Assembly: GCA_028534125.1 (NCBI GenBank)
Contig: CM052817.1
Span: forward strand, 96,598,001 to 96,662,000
DNA length: 64,000 nt
Source: Lama glama
Taxonomy: Eukaryota
Reading direction: 5' to 3'
Under the pieces are notes generated by a model. The model had not been told where the DNA came from. It did no database searches and worked only from the letters and a program-made list of their open reading frames with translations. Made by a program: the position numbers and the translations under genes. Each line of letters begins with the position of its first letter. Position 1 is the first letter of the stretch. This document shows, one piece after another, positions 1 to 13,250 of the stretch.

Positions 1-359
1 GCCCCCAAAGAAAGAGGCAGACCTTTCCTGATTAGAGGGCTGCAGGTTTAATAACCAAGGGAACTTACATTCACGGCTTGGCTTGGGTGGCCACAAGATG
101 AGCAAATCTCCCTACCTGTCTGCCAGAATGTTAAAAGTTTATATAGAAGCCTTAACTCAGTTCAGTCACATATTTAGTCCAGATGGTCTCAACAACACCT
201 TACTCTCTCAAGGCTATGTCTTTGAAACAGTTCCTACTATGGGAATGGTGGGCGGAACAAACATTCCAAAGACGGGGAGAGGGCGAGGAGGCTCCATTCA
301 CCCAAGTCCAGCTTGGGGGTCAACCAGTGGTCACGCCTTCTCCATGACCTCCTCCAACA
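1..359 (-). mobile_element. ERV LTR, cut by the window edge
   Basis: Minus strand starts TGTTGGAGGAGG at 359; TATATAAA at ~138-145 and ATTAAA at ~47-52 lie in LTR order. Confidence 0.7.
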
Positions 360-472
360 GTGGCTAAGTTAAAATTAGTCATAACTTTGTATGCTTTTAT
401 CTTGATTTTCTCAGTCATAATAGACCTTGATGAAAATAAAATAACTTTAATAAAAATTAATTGAAAATAATA

Positions 473-683
473 GACTGGGATTTCAAAATTGTAGAATAGA
501 TAAACAAGATTACACTATATAGCACAGGGAATATACACAAAATGTTATGATAACTCACAGAGAAAAAAATGTGACACTGAGTGTGTATATGCCCATGAAT
601 GACTGAAAAATTGTGCTGAACACTGGAATTTGACACAACACTGTAAAATGATTATGAATCAATAAAAAATGTTAAAAAAAAAA
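473..683 (+). mobile_element. Young 5'-truncated L1 3'UTR with poly(A)
   Basis: L1 3'UTR motifs (TATAGCACAGGGAA, GACACAACACTGTAAA), AATAAA, A tail, TSD GAAAATAATA at 463-472 and 684-693. Confidence 0.92.
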
Positions 684-729
684 GAAAATAATAAGTGCTG
701 ATTTCTAATTTGTTGATTGCCTTCTGCCT

Positions 730-1260
730 TAGTCTCAGTCTCCCAGAAAGCAGAATTGAAGGCAAAAGCCTATTACTCCACTCCTTTATTGGGAAGTACA
801 AGCCTAGAAAAGGAGTGAAGCAAAGGTGAAAAGTCGAAGAGGAGGGAAAGCAAATGCAAGTAGTTTATAAGGTTCTTGGATTGTTCTGTCTTCTGTAACT
901 ACCTCCGAATAGGTGTATAAATTACTATCTCAGAACAATCCATCCAAGGGAAGAAATGAGGAAAAGTTTGTCCTCTGGTTAGCATCTCTTACTGAATGAA
1001 GTTTCTCCCCACTGACATTGACACCCCTGTACCTCTGGGCTGCACATTGGACCAAGTGGTTCCTGCAGTCTCACACTTCAGCAGCAACAAGGACACCACA
1101 GGATAAGAGATGAAAGGCACACAGCACAAGCATAAAGCAAAGCACTGCCATATTTTCCCTTGTTAAGTCAGTGGCTGCAATAGCTCAGTGCAAGAAATGT
1201 CCAAAGACTCTAGAAAGAGGTGAGACCAAATGATCTGAGATACATAAAACGTATCTGATA
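730..1260. mobile_element. Old ERVL-type LTR remnant (LTR16-like)
   Basis: CCCAGAAAGCAGAATTGAAG...TTTATTGGGA pattern resembles LTR16-family ends; highly diverged. Confidence 0.4.
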
Positions 1261-1399
1261 TATCCCACCCCCTCACAGTGCTCAATCATCTCACATCATA
1301 TATAGCTCCTGTACGATAATTTAAGTTTCCATTGTTGTTAAAACAAAATGTCCTTACTTGTTCTCTGAGTAGGAGATACAAACCTAATTAGTTACAGAA

Positions 1400-3365
1400 A
1401 TGTTTTCAAAATGATGATCACTTTGGAACTGAATTATGATGAAAACACAACATAGCAAAATTTGTGGCATCCAGCTAAGTTAGCAGTTAGAGGGAAATTT
1501 TTAGCACTAAATGCCAGTACTAGAAAAGAAGAAAGATCTCAAATCACTATGCTCAGTTTCTACCTTAAGAAACTGGGGGGGAAAGCAAGTTAAATCTAAA
1601 ATAAACATTAAAACGGAAAAAAGAGAGGAGCAGAAATCAACAAAACTGAAAAACAATAGAGAAGATTTTAAGAAACAAACACTGTATCTGCAAGAAGATC
1701 ATATGGATCAGGAAATAAATGAGAGAAGATACAAATTATTATCATCAGGAATGAGAGGGGTGACACAACTATAAAAGTGACACAAATATTAAAATGATTA
1801 TAGAGAATACTTTTAACAATATTTTTCCATTAAAGTTAAAACTTTGATGAAATGGACAATGCTTATTCAAGAAATAATAGATCATCTGAATATGTATTAA
1901 GTTTGTAGTTATAAACACTCTAACAATGAAAACCCCTGGCCCAGATGGGCTCATTGCTTAATTCTCCAAACATTTCAGGAAAAAGGAACACAAACTACAG
2001 AAACTTTTTCAGAAAATAACAAATAAGTAAAATGTAATACTCAGTTGATGAGGCCAGGCTTAATCATGTACTAAAACCAGACAAAGATATTACAATATAA
2101 GATAACTACAAACTAATATTCTTCATGGACATAGATGCAAAAAAAACTTTTTTAATTTTTGAAAATTAACTCCATCAAAACATAAAAGGGATAATACATT
2201 ATGATTAAGTGGTGTTTATTTCAGGAATGCAAGGTTAGTTTAACAGCCAAAACCAGTCAACCTAAATCACTGCCTTAGTAAACTAAAAAGAAAAATTATA
2301 TGATCACCTCAATAGATAAAGAAAAAGCATTTGATAAAATCCAATTGTCTACTCTCATTTACTTCTGTTCAGTATATTGGAGGCTCCAGTCAGTGCAATA
2401 AGGCAAGAAAAAGAAACAAAAAAATTAAGTAATTCGGAGGGAAAAATGAAACTTTCATTTATAAACATAACTATTAATGTAGAAAATCCTACAGAAGCTA
2501 CAAAAAAACTATTAGAACTAATAAGTGAATTTAGCAATGTTGTAGGATATGAGGCCAATATACAAAAATAAGCTGTGTATCTAAGTAATACCAACAGTCA
2601 TAACTGATATAAAATACATATAATTTACAGGAATATCAAAATATGAAACACAGAGGGATAAATCTGAAAACAGATGTGTGACTTATACACTGACAACTAC
2701 AATAAAGTACTGAAATAATTTTTAATTAAGTAAATGGAGAAATACATCACACGTAAGGATTAGAAGACTCTATTCTAAAACATCAATTCTCACCAAATTG
2801 ATGTATAGCTTCAATATAATCTCAATCAAAATCCAAGTGTCCTTTTCTATAGAAATTGACAAGCTTATTATTATATTTATATGGGAAACCAAAGAACCTA
2901 AAATTGGCAAAAAACTTTGGCTAAAAAGATATAAATTTCGAATATTTCCAAACTACTACTTGTTTCAAGATGATAATAGTAATCAAGACAGATTATAGAG
3001 ACAAATAAATCAACGGAACAGAATAAAATTCAGAAATATCTCCACACATCATGGTCAATTCATTTTGAACCAAGGTACTAGGACAATTCACTGAGGAAGG
3101 AAAAATTATTTCAACAAATAGTGCTGAAATTATTGGAGAGCCTTATGCAAAAAAAAAAATAATAACCTTGACTCATTTCACACCGTTTACAAAAATTGAC
3201 TCAAAAGAGATTGAATAATGACTGTAAAAGCTAAAACTATACAACTACTCCAAAAAACAAGGAAAGATTTTAGTGCCCTTGAGTTTAGCAAAGGTTTCTT
3301 AAGTATAACACAAGAAGCACAAACAGTAAGAGAAAAACAGACCAGTAAATTTGACTCCATCAAAA
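1400..3365 (+). mobile_element. Old L1M ORF2 remnant with internal deletions
   Basis: GGCCCAGATGG, AAACCAGACAAAGA, CAGGAATGCAAGGTTAGTTTAAC, AGCATTTGATAAAATCCAA; ORF 2377-2571 'AIRQEKE...KKLLELISEFSNVVGY' is L1 ORF2-like. Confidence 0.9.
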
Positions 3366-4039
3366 CTTAAATCCATCTCCACTTCACCTCCCCCACCACA
3401 AGGAAAACTAGTTTTGTGTGTTGGGATTTGGGACACATATTTCCAATATTTCCAATGATTAACACGCTGGTTGTAGTAGTCTTCAGGCACCTGTGTGTGA
3501 AGAAGAGAGGAAACACAGGTTTTATCCTCATTCTACCCCTCGGTCTTCTCAGCACATGCTATAATCCTGGTTAAATATTAAGTTTCTGCCTACTCACTCC
3601 AAGCAGGGTTTAAAGTCACACGTAGAGAAGGTTTTCCTCCTGTCAACAAAGCATTTACTTTCTTGGGCCAGCATTTATTTTGATATTCCCAAAGTTGACA
3701 ATTCTGCATGGTTTCCAACTATTGCCTGACTTCCTGAAATACTGCTAATAGTCTGTTCCTGTCAGTCATCGGATGAGAAGCTTTTTATGATGTATTTGTG
3801 TAACTGTTACACAAGGATAGCAGGGAGGGTGATGTAAGCGCCGTGTCAGCATTGCCCCTCCCACTCCTCGACCATTTCAACTAATAGTATACGTGCTTCT
3901 CAGCTTTCATTACCTCTTTATGCAAAGACAACATCACAAACCAATATGCATTTTTTCTATTTGTAAGTCTTCCTTTTCTAAATTTATAACACGAATAAAC
4001 ACATCCTTTTAAAATATCAAGTTAAACCAAAATGTTTAT

Positions 4040-4130
4040 GATTAAAGTGACCATATAATTTATTATGCAAACTGGGACATTTTTGTCTGGCACAAATATT
4101 AACCCAAACAGGACATAGGACACAAAGTAT
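4040..4130. mobile_element. hAT MER96-like fragment
   Basis: GTGACCATATAATTTATTATGCAAACTGGGACA resembles the MER96 terminus. Confidence 0.4.
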
Positions 4131-4309
4131 AAACCAGAGCTGTTGCAGGTAAACAAATACATAAATTTACTCCACTTACAATGCAAAACAGCAGTTCCTG
4201 ACCTCCTCCAACACCTGACCTCACTCTCCACCATCCATCACTGTAAGCTCTTTTAGCTATTTCTCCTGGAAGTTGTCTCCACTTTTTTTAAATTCAGAGG
4301 ATACCACTT

Positions 4310-4600
4310 TAATCGAGTGAACAAATGTAACATTATCATAATGGGACAGAAGGTAAATGATACAAGACAGAATGCAATGAAAGGCACAGGCATCATTTCT
4401 GTGATAGTCCTGCCAAAATTCACAACTAAATATAATCACGAGAAGCCATCAAATAAAAAAACATTGGTCTGTAATTTTTTTAAATGGTCAAGCTCATAAA
4501 AATCAAGGAAAGATTGAGGAATTATTATTTCAAACTGAGACATGACAAGTAAATGCAGTACTTTTTTCTAAATGGACTTTGGGTACAAAGGATGATATCA
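4310..4600 (+). mobile_element. Old L1MC/ME 3'UTR fragment, probably continuing at ~5140-5270
   Basis: CATCATTTCTGTGATAGTCCTGCCAAAA and GAGACATGACAAGTAAATGCA are typical old L1 3'UTR motifs. Confidence 0.6.
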
Positions 4601-4624
4601 AATTAAATGTCGACACAAAATTAA

Positions 4625-4800
4625 CTTAAACAACAAGGTCCTACTGTGTAGCACAGGGAACTATATTCAATACCTTGCAATGGCTTATAATGAAAAACTA
4701 TGAAAAGGAACATATATATGTATAACTGAACCACTATGCTGTACACCAGAAATTAACACAACATGGTAAACTGACTATACTTCAATGAAAAAAAAATTAA
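4625..4800 (+). mobile_element. L1 3' end
   Basis: AACAACAAGGTCCTACTGTGTAGCACAGGGAACTATATTCAATA...TGTACACCAGAAATTAACACAAC, then A tail. Confidence 0.9.
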
Positions 4801-5329
4801 AGAAAACAAAGTCAAAAAAGAGGATGCTAGCACGATGAGAAAATCTTAATTTATTTTTTAAAAAAGACATCATGAATCAAAATCCTTGGACTATATTATC
4901 TTGGGTGCTCAAAAAATACTGTCTTCACTGAGTTAAGATTTAGTGTAACATCCAACACACAAATTAGTGAAAGTGGCCATAAGAAATGTTCATATAAACC
5001 ATTTATTTAAGTCCACAACTTGTCAAGATTGTTTATTTTTTCCTGATACCTCAAATGTAAGTTTCTTCTTTACAATATAGTCCTCTTTGAATTAAAAATA
5101 AAAAAAGATTAACAAACTTCGACTAGGGTCCAAGTAACAGTTGATAGAAGTGAATTGATGTTAAAATCCCATCTGAACATGACTGAATTGTGGTCATATG
5201 GGGTAACGTCCTTGTTTGAAGGAAATATACACTAAAATAGTTCAGGTTTTATGGGTCATCAGATTGGCAATTTAACTCTTTTTTCTGACTGGTTCCTGAT
5301 TAATCGATGCTAGACTTTATTGACTTCCT

Positions 5330-6680
5330 ATTATGATGGAATAGTAGTGAATGCTCTTGTACCACTGACCTCCACTCCCCTGTAATCCTAATATAATTAT
5401 GTCATTATTTTGGGTTAAATTAATAATTAATGTTTACAAAATTGACTACATAAATACTATTCACTCCAGAGCCAAGTGATATAAAATGGTTTTATTAAAA
5501 GATTACATTTTCTCTCTTCTCTTTATACCTCTTTTCCTGAATTTAATAGTTGACTTGTTTCTTGATTTACATAATTTTCAACACATATGTATTTATTCTT
5601 CCCAAATGCTCCATCATGGCTTCCATCTATATGTTCTCCCCACCCCCACCCCATGCACTATTATGTCGTATGTTCTATCAAGTCCCCTTCATTTCCAGGT
5701 CATCTCCTTCCTGGAGCCCCCAAACTTCCTGCTCCAGTCTTAACTAACAGCTGCTGGCCAGGTGTCATCTTGAGCATTTTACTGCTCTTTTGACTTATAT
5801 TCACTGTTTCTTGGAAACTATGTCTTCCTTTTTCTATTTATTTCTTCATTGGGATGAAGGACATTCACTAGACACTCTGGAAGAATGCATGAGTGCCTGA
5901 ATCCTCACACGTGTGAGAATGTCTTCATTTTTAGCTAACACTATACTGATAATATGATCAGATATGGAGCTGTAAGTAGGAAACCATTATCACTCAAAAC
6001 TGTGAAGCACTTCGCCACCTTCTAGTACCCAGTATAGCGAGAAATCAGATGCTATTCTGACGCTTATGCCTTAATGGGCGACTTGATTTTATCTTCCTCT
6101 CTAGAAACCTTTAGAATCTTCCTCTGTATCCTTGGTCCATAATCAAGTGGTTTGCAGTGGATCTTTTTCAGTCTCACTACTGGCTACTCACTGGACCCAT
6201 ATCCATCTGTTCAGGAAGTATTATTCTATTATTTTGTGATGATTTTCCAACTTCTGTGACTAGTTTTTTATTTCTCGGACTCTTTTCATTCAAACTTCAG
6301 ACACCATAAATTAACTATTTTTCCATTATGTTTTTAAAATAATCAATCTCTTTCTCCTTCCACCTCTGGGAGGTTTCTCTGACTACCTTCTAACCATTTT
6401 ACTCAATTCTTTACTTCAGCAATTACAAATCAAACTTGCAAAATTTCTGTCTCTTTTGCTAATTCCTCCTTTTTCACAGCATCTTCTTATCATTTTAAGA
6501 GTATAGTAATCGTATCTCTGAATATGCAAAGTGGAATGATTCTTCTGTTTCCTGAATTATCTTTGTTTTCTGGGTTCATTACATCTGTTTTACATTTTGT
6601 CTTTCTGTTTCTAGAGGGAAAATTTCTTCAAGTGGATAGTGGTCGGTGATTGTCCACACATATTTAACAGTAAGACACTA
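5330..6680 (-). mobile_element. Very old L1ME-like remnant
   Basis: T-rich decayed sequence paralleling 55640-56560 and 58680-59230 (e.g. GAGAAATCAGATGCTATTCTGA vs GAGAAGCTGGATGCCATTCTTA). Confidence 0.55.
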
Positions 6681-6794
6681 AGGCACCAAGAAAATGGCAA
6701 CTCTGATTATAAATGAGGATTACTGATTGAGAAGATTCTGGGGTAAAAATTCCCTTTAGGCCACTCTAGAGCCCCCAGTCTTAGCGGGTGGGTA

Positions 6795-7270
6795 TGCAGG
6801 TTAGCTAATGCTGCATAACAATGCAGTGGCTTATAACAAATGCAATACTGGGTTTGCTTATGAATCTGGAATTGGGGCAGGGCTCTCAGAGACATCTGGT
6901 CTCCACTCTGCTTAGCATTATCTAGAGCAGCTCAAGGGCTGCGGGCTACAATACTTATGGCTCCTCGGACATCTGTCCCTATCTCTGTGCAGTCTCTCCA
7001 TGTGATCTCTCCAGCCTGGCAGTTTCAGGGAAGTCACATTATTTACATGTTGGCTCAGGGCTCACAAGGCAGTGAACTGAGAGAGACAGAGGGAGAGATC
7101 TCCAGGTAAAAGCTATATAGCTGTATCCTTTTTATTATCTAGCCCTGGAAGGTGCAAAGCATCACTTCAGCCATATTGGTTGGAGCTGTCATCACAAGCC
7201 CATTCCCAGATTCATGGGGAGGGTGCAGAGACCGTACATTTTGTTATCTCCATGGGAGAATGGTCAGGAG
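6795..7270 (-). mobile_element. MaLR MLT1-type LTR
   Basis: GTTAGCTAATGCTGCATAACAA...CAGTGGCTTATAACAA start; CATCACTTCAGCCATATT...CCCAGATTCATGGGGAGGG. Confidence 0.7.
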
Positions 7271-7272
<2 letters not shown>

Positions 7273-7311
<39 letters not shown>

Positions 7312-7326
7312 TCCCACATGTGTGGA

Positions 7327-7379
<53 letters not shown>

Positions 7380-7382
7380 CAC
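7273..7382. repeat. Compound microsatellite (TA)19 / (TC)n / (CA)n
   Basis: Directly visible; it produces the YIYI/HTHT junk ORFs. Confidence 0.98.
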
Positions 7383-8029
7383 CCGTTGGAAGCGCAAACT
7401 TGTTTTTTTGCCATTGCCTTCTGAGGTCATTTAACATCTTCAAAAAAGTGATTTCTGTTCTCTTGTCCTGTGAGTAGACTCCAACTACAGGTGTTCCACA
7501 GAAGGGAGGTGCAGAGGGAAGCTGGGGTCTCTGAATCCTCCACCTCTGAAGTTCAACTCTTCACAAAAGAACACTTTGGTCTTCAGTTTGAATGGTAGAG
7601 AACTGGGTGTCTGCATTCTGGTCTCAGTACTGACTTTCAAGCAATGATTCTACTTTCAGCCCTGCCCTTTTCCAGAATCTTCTCTGGCAAAGGCTCTGCC
7701 AGGAACATCAACCCTTTTCTCATTTGCATTCCCCTTCACATGCTATGGCTTTCTGTCTGCTTGAGTCTATACAATGTTTACTTCTTTACTATCACGTGAC
7801 TAGATCTCAGGAGGAAGAAACAATCAACATTTATAGCCAATCAGTCACCTTTAACCACATCCCAATGATGAGACCCCAAGGAGAAGGTGTGTGACGCAGA
7901 TCAAGGAGTCTTCGGATTTTGAAGACCAAAGCTTCAAACTCTAAGAAGAGGACAGAAGTTGTAGTGGGGAAAAGCTAGCTCTCTTGATACAATTTACCCC
8001 CCAAACTCCCCACACTGTCATTTGCAAGC

Positions 8030-8225
8030 AGCATAGCACAGCGATTACTAGACGGCCCAAGTCTCCACTCTATTCCACTAGTTTTGTCAGCAGATGATTT
8101 AAAATTTCTGCACCTGTAAAAGGCAGGTGATACTACCTACTGCACAAAGCTGTTTTTCAATGCATCTAATGTGTTTAGAACAATTTCTGGTACATAGTAA
8201 GCATGCAAATTCTAGCATCATTATC
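8030..8225 (+). mobile_element. MIR SINE
   Basis: CACCTGTAAAAGGCAGGTGATACTACCTAC...TCTGGTACATAGTAAGCA. Confidence 0.65.
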
Positions 8226-9964
8226 CAGCAATGGTCCAGACTAATTCACACTTCCCTTAGTTTTTCCTTCAAAATACTCTTAGAAAATTTCTATTTCTAT
8301 TTTCACCAAAAATTCTTGTCCTTGAGTCCTTTATCATCAGTCTATTAACCAGCTGGCTCACAGGAATCCTTAACCATCTCCATTCTATTGCAACATTTAC
8401 AGTATATTTGGAGTCATTTCTGTACATAGCTTGCACACTATTTATAGCTGTACACCATTTACAGAAGGAGATTTAGAGAGAGTAAAATTCAATAGGAATT
8501 TAATAAGTAACCTTATTTACTCATTTAAAGTAGATTATTATTTTTTGACTGCCTGATATAGTATCCACCATAAAATGTAATTCCATGTACACAACAAACA
8601 ACAAGAACAAAAAAACCCAGCCATTAGTTACCTGGCTTTCACTCATTTCCATCCTGTGTGTATACGGAAAATTTAAGAACACTTCCTTGAATTTCTCTTG
8701 CCATACATAGTGACTATTAATCCAGAATGTGTTAGATTTTCTTTACAGTTAGCTAGAATTTGTTATATATTAAAGAGAAAACTGTTGTGGAAAGTTTTAG
8801 AATGACAAAGTTGCAAAGCTTAGATCTCTGAGGACTATAAAACTGAAAAGAAAGAGGCAACCAAGTTTCAAGCAGAAGACCTGAAATGCAATCTTTCTTA
8901 ATCAGTAGAAACATTTGCAGCAACAGAAAAATCTATGTACATTGCTTGGATATTTGTGGTTTGACCCATCCATTGATTCACCAGTCTGGATTTTTATATT
9001 CGGACTTTGAGTCCTTTTCTAATCTGCTAAATGAATTTTTCTTTTAGCATTCAAGAAAGGTGAGAACCAGCCCGTTGTATAAATACTTCTATTCTTTGGA
9101 ATAGATTACATTAAGTGTGCATTAAAATTTGAGGATATACACTTAATGTACCATTTTGTACACTATACTTTTTACACACAGCTTTATTGCTGTGATGACA
9201 TTTTCATGGGGTAGACAGAAAAAAACACAAAGAAATTTTTCAAATGGTGTTCCTCCAGAGCATAAAACAGCTCTCCATCATGTTTAGTATTCCACCCAGA
9301 ATGTTTACAGACTGAGAAACACAAAGAATTAACTTTAATTATTCAAAGCAAAACATTTTTATAGCCCCTATGTCACTTTTACATATGACACTGCTCCAGA
9401 TCAAGAAATTTCACACAGCTGAAATCAAAATACATGGAGAACAAATGCTTCACAGTCGTATCTTTGTTTTTCAAAATCATTTATAATTGCCCACCCACTT
9501 GTTTTTCAGATGATTCATAAATGCAGATTGCCAAATAGGCCAAAAGCATGGGAGGAGGCTCCAAAGTAATTAAACCCAGGGTGAAGACTGAAATAAGGCT
9601 TTTTCATCTTTTATTTCTTCCAGAAAGAAAAGTCAAATGTTTATGTTCTCTCAAAGGAGAATATATACTTTCAAGTCTTTTCAAGTTGTGGATTTTCAGC
9701 TGTTATAAATAACTTCAAAATGAAAGGGTGTGCGCTTTCCTCGAGTACGTCTCTATATTGTCTGCTTGAACTGAGACAGAACCAGAGGCATTCGTAATAA
9801 ATTCTAACCCTCAGAGGTGTGGAAATTTGCCTTCCAACCATCTGCAAATGAGAATCAATCAGGCAGCTAATGTGACTTCTCAGTTAATCACCACCTCTCA
9901 AGTATACAACAGCACTGTCCATAGCCAGCCTTCCTCACCCCTCCCCACGCAAGAAGCAATGGCT

Positions 9965-10080
9965 AGAGGTACAGGGGGTGTTGGTAATAGCTCCATGGTA
10001 GGACATAGGCTTAGCATGCATGAGACTCTGGGTTCAGTACCTAGAACCTCCACTTAAAAAAGAAAAAAGTTAAAAAAAAA
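9965..10080 (+). mobile_element. tRNA-Ala-derived SINE (Vic-1-like), short form, diverged
   Basis: TAGCTCCATGGTAG...GCTTAGCATGCATGAG...CTGGGTTCAG, A tail; TSD AAGCA(A/G)TGGCT at 9954-9964 and 10081-10091. Confidence 0.85.
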
Positions 10081-10849
10081 AAGCAGTGGCTGCTATTAAC
10101 AACTCCCCCTTCTTGTAGTATTAGACAGTGATGAGCCCAGTCAGTGATTTGCAGAGGACCGCTTTCTATGACCAGTAAGCTATAAAAACACTTCCAAAGA
10201 TATTCGTTGGAAAATAACTGTTTACTATTAGCAAGAAGATTCACATTGCCCACAGATAAATATCTAACTTCTCATCACGACAATCTACTTGGAAAAGAGT
10301 TCTGAGTTCTGAGGAGCATCCTAGAGTGATATGAATGACCCATGGAGGAAAAACATACATCCCCTTTACAAAACAAACTACTGAAAAACATCAAATTCAT
10401 GAATATGAGACAGGAATGTTTAGGGGAGCAAACAGAAAAGGGCTAAGACCTGATGCAGCTCCTTAAAACTTACTATTTTCATTTCATAGGGTCCCATTAG
10501 TGCTTCCTGTGAAACTGAAATATTTAGCCATTAATATTGTAACTAACTTTTATTGCCAAGTTTAGCTCCTAAACTTGAAGGTCTCTCTAAGACGCTCCCA
10601 GATAATGCCCACAATACTGGTCCAACGATCACATTCTGTATTACCCTAGAGGAACTTTCTGCATGACAGCGTCCTTTGTCAACAATTGCCCTGACCCCTA
10701 GACATCTTTATAGAAGAGGTACTGTGGCAGTAGACGGCAGACATGGGCTAGTGTAGACAGGAAGGTAGAGTATATCAGTGGAAAAGAAGAGACAGAGGGG
10801 TAGAAACCAAGTAGGAAGAGAAAACATCTTAAGCACATGGACATAGCTT

Positions 10850-11030
10850 CATGCTCAAATCTCATCTCTGGTGCCATGCATGGTGCTCCCTGGCGCAAGG
10901 AATATATTCAAAACCCTTTTCTCATCTGCAAATGGGGATAATGATGCTTTTCTCATGGGATTGTTGAGGGCATTCAAAGTGGAAAATATACTGAAGCACC
11001 TTGGACATAGTAAGAAGTGATAAAATAATA
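10850..11030 (+). mobile_element. MIR SINE
   Basis: TTCTCATCTGCAAATGGGGATAATG...GGATTGTTGAGGG...ACATAGTAAG. Confidence 0.75.
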
Positions 11031-12809
11031 CAAAAGTTTTTTGCATACAAATGCATGGGGTTTAGAGCATAGAAGGAAAAGCCTAGATCATCTTCTCAAA
11101 ATTCCAGTTTTTTTTTTCCATAAGTAGCATGATCTTCTGACCAAGGAGAGGGTAGTCAGCATGTCCTGACTGGATTTTCAGCAACACATCAGTTCTTAAG
11201 TACAGTAAGCTGGATTCCTCCTTCTGGATTTCATTTCCATTCCCACATGTACATGATTATGGAATTTCATCTGTTATAAGAGGCAGCAGCACTTCACTTC
11301 ATGAATGATGATCAACTACAGTTTAAACCAGTTTCCATTTTTTTAAAAGACACCAGAGGATAAATCAAAGAGTTACATTTTTATTTTGAGAAGCTAGAAT
11401 CAAAGGAAGCCCCAAGTTGCTTTTGATACCAGTCTCTTCCTTTCATCTGAGCAAAACTTCATCTGTGTGTTTTGGTTTTGTACACGTTCTTCTCTCCTAG
11501 ACCTAAAACTATTGAGATGAATTATTACTTTCTGCTTTGCTCTTTCTAGTGTAGTAAGTTTACCCTCATGTAATCCTACTTGACTCTTAAATGCATTAAT
11601 ATTATACCACATTTAGAATAAACTCAAGAATATTTTAAATGTAGACATATGCTGTGTTACTGAGTAGCCAACAGCCATTGGTTGAACGTCTCCTTCGTGT
11701 CAGACATTATGCATGTGAGTTCTATTCATGCTTTCATTTCTTTGTATGAGATTTGGGGACATCTTTCCATAGTCATCAAGATTCAAAGGGGCCAAACTGA
11801 AAGTCACCTCTTCACCAAAGGTGACTTGCACTAATTCTTTCTCATGAAAGATCATGTTCACAGGCCATAAATCACATTAGTCAAACCCACGGTTGTTATC
11901 AGCAACTGACTCCACACCCAGAGGGTAATTATTGAGAAACATAGGCTGCCAAAATCCCAGTGGCCCCTGTCACTCCATCCACATCTATTCATGACGGCCT
12001 CTCCAGCCATCAGGCACAGAGGCAGCTTTACGGGGAAGTGATGCCAACAGTGTCCTATCCACAGCCTCCCCTGCAGGAATGTGCGAAAGTGCAGGGCATG
12101 ATCTTTCACCTTTTCCATCCTACTGGCTTCTTGCCTTCACCCTACAAATCCGCCTCCCTGTTTCCTTCTTTCACTGTTTATGCCTGAACATTTATATTGG
12201 TACTCCTACAACTAATTGACCTCCAATTATGAATGAGGTTTTTGCCATATATTTAACTCTCACAGAAACTCGTAATGATGACAGAAAAAACTATGGTGCA
12301 GGCAATTTCACTGCTAGGGTTTAAACTCCACATCTGTCTGACGCCAAGGCCCGTGTATTTAGCTTCCTGCACCATCATGGAACCTCCTAAAGGTGTCCAA
12401 ACCAGGTTAATCCCTTTCTCACCAGCCCCGAATACAAGCCAATCTTCTATTGCAAATTGGCATTTTGAATTTTCACTATGCAGTTGGGTTGCCAAATTCA
12501 ATTATCTTTTGCATGTGGTTTTCATGTGGCTAGAAGTATCTTCATATAAGGATATAAGGTGTCAGGGCCATCTTTTGGAATATTACCTTGGGGGACAAGG
12601 CCGTGGCCATTTCATTCTGAATCTTTAAATAGGATAACTCCATGAACAAGTCTGGGAGAGACGAGAAAGAGACGTGAGGAGGGGATAGCAGAGGAAGATG
12701 AGAAGTGGGGAGTTGGGAGGGGCCTCCATATCCAAGCTTAGTCAATTGGCATTTTTAATTAGTGGCTAATTACGTCCACTTGGTTAACTCCAATCAAGTG
12801 TATTCCACC

Positions 12810-13250
12810 TAACCCTAAAGATCCAGATCCCTTGCCTCAGACTGGCTAGGCACTTTCTACCTCAGGATCTTAGCACATATTCTTCTCTTTGCCTGGACTT
12901 CTCTTTCCAAATATCCACATAACACTGTCTCCTCTCTCAAGACCTTACTCAGTAAGACCTTCCTTTATTTCTTCTTTTTTTTTAATTGCAAGAACACCTA
13001 CCCACCCCCTCCATCCTTCCTCTTCTTTGTTTTTCCTGCTTTATCGCCTGCTTTATTTTTCTCTATTGCACTTACTACTACATACATACCACAGAGTTCA
13101 CCTTTTTTTTTTTTTACTTTTTGTCACCTCCTCCCACTAGAATGCAACCTACATGAAGATAAAGATTTCTGTTCACCACTGTATCCTCAATACCCAAACA
13201 ATAGCTGGCATACAGTAGGTGATCTAAAATGTTTGTTGAATGAATGGATG
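12810..13250 (+). mobile_element. L2 3' end
   Basis: CCCACTAGAATGCAACCTACATGAAG...CTGGCATACAGTAGGTG...AATGTTTGTTGAATGAATG. Confidence 0.8.

Noticed and set aside
7152..7477. ORFs in three frames with YI/HT repeats
   Set aside because: Microsatellite artefact.
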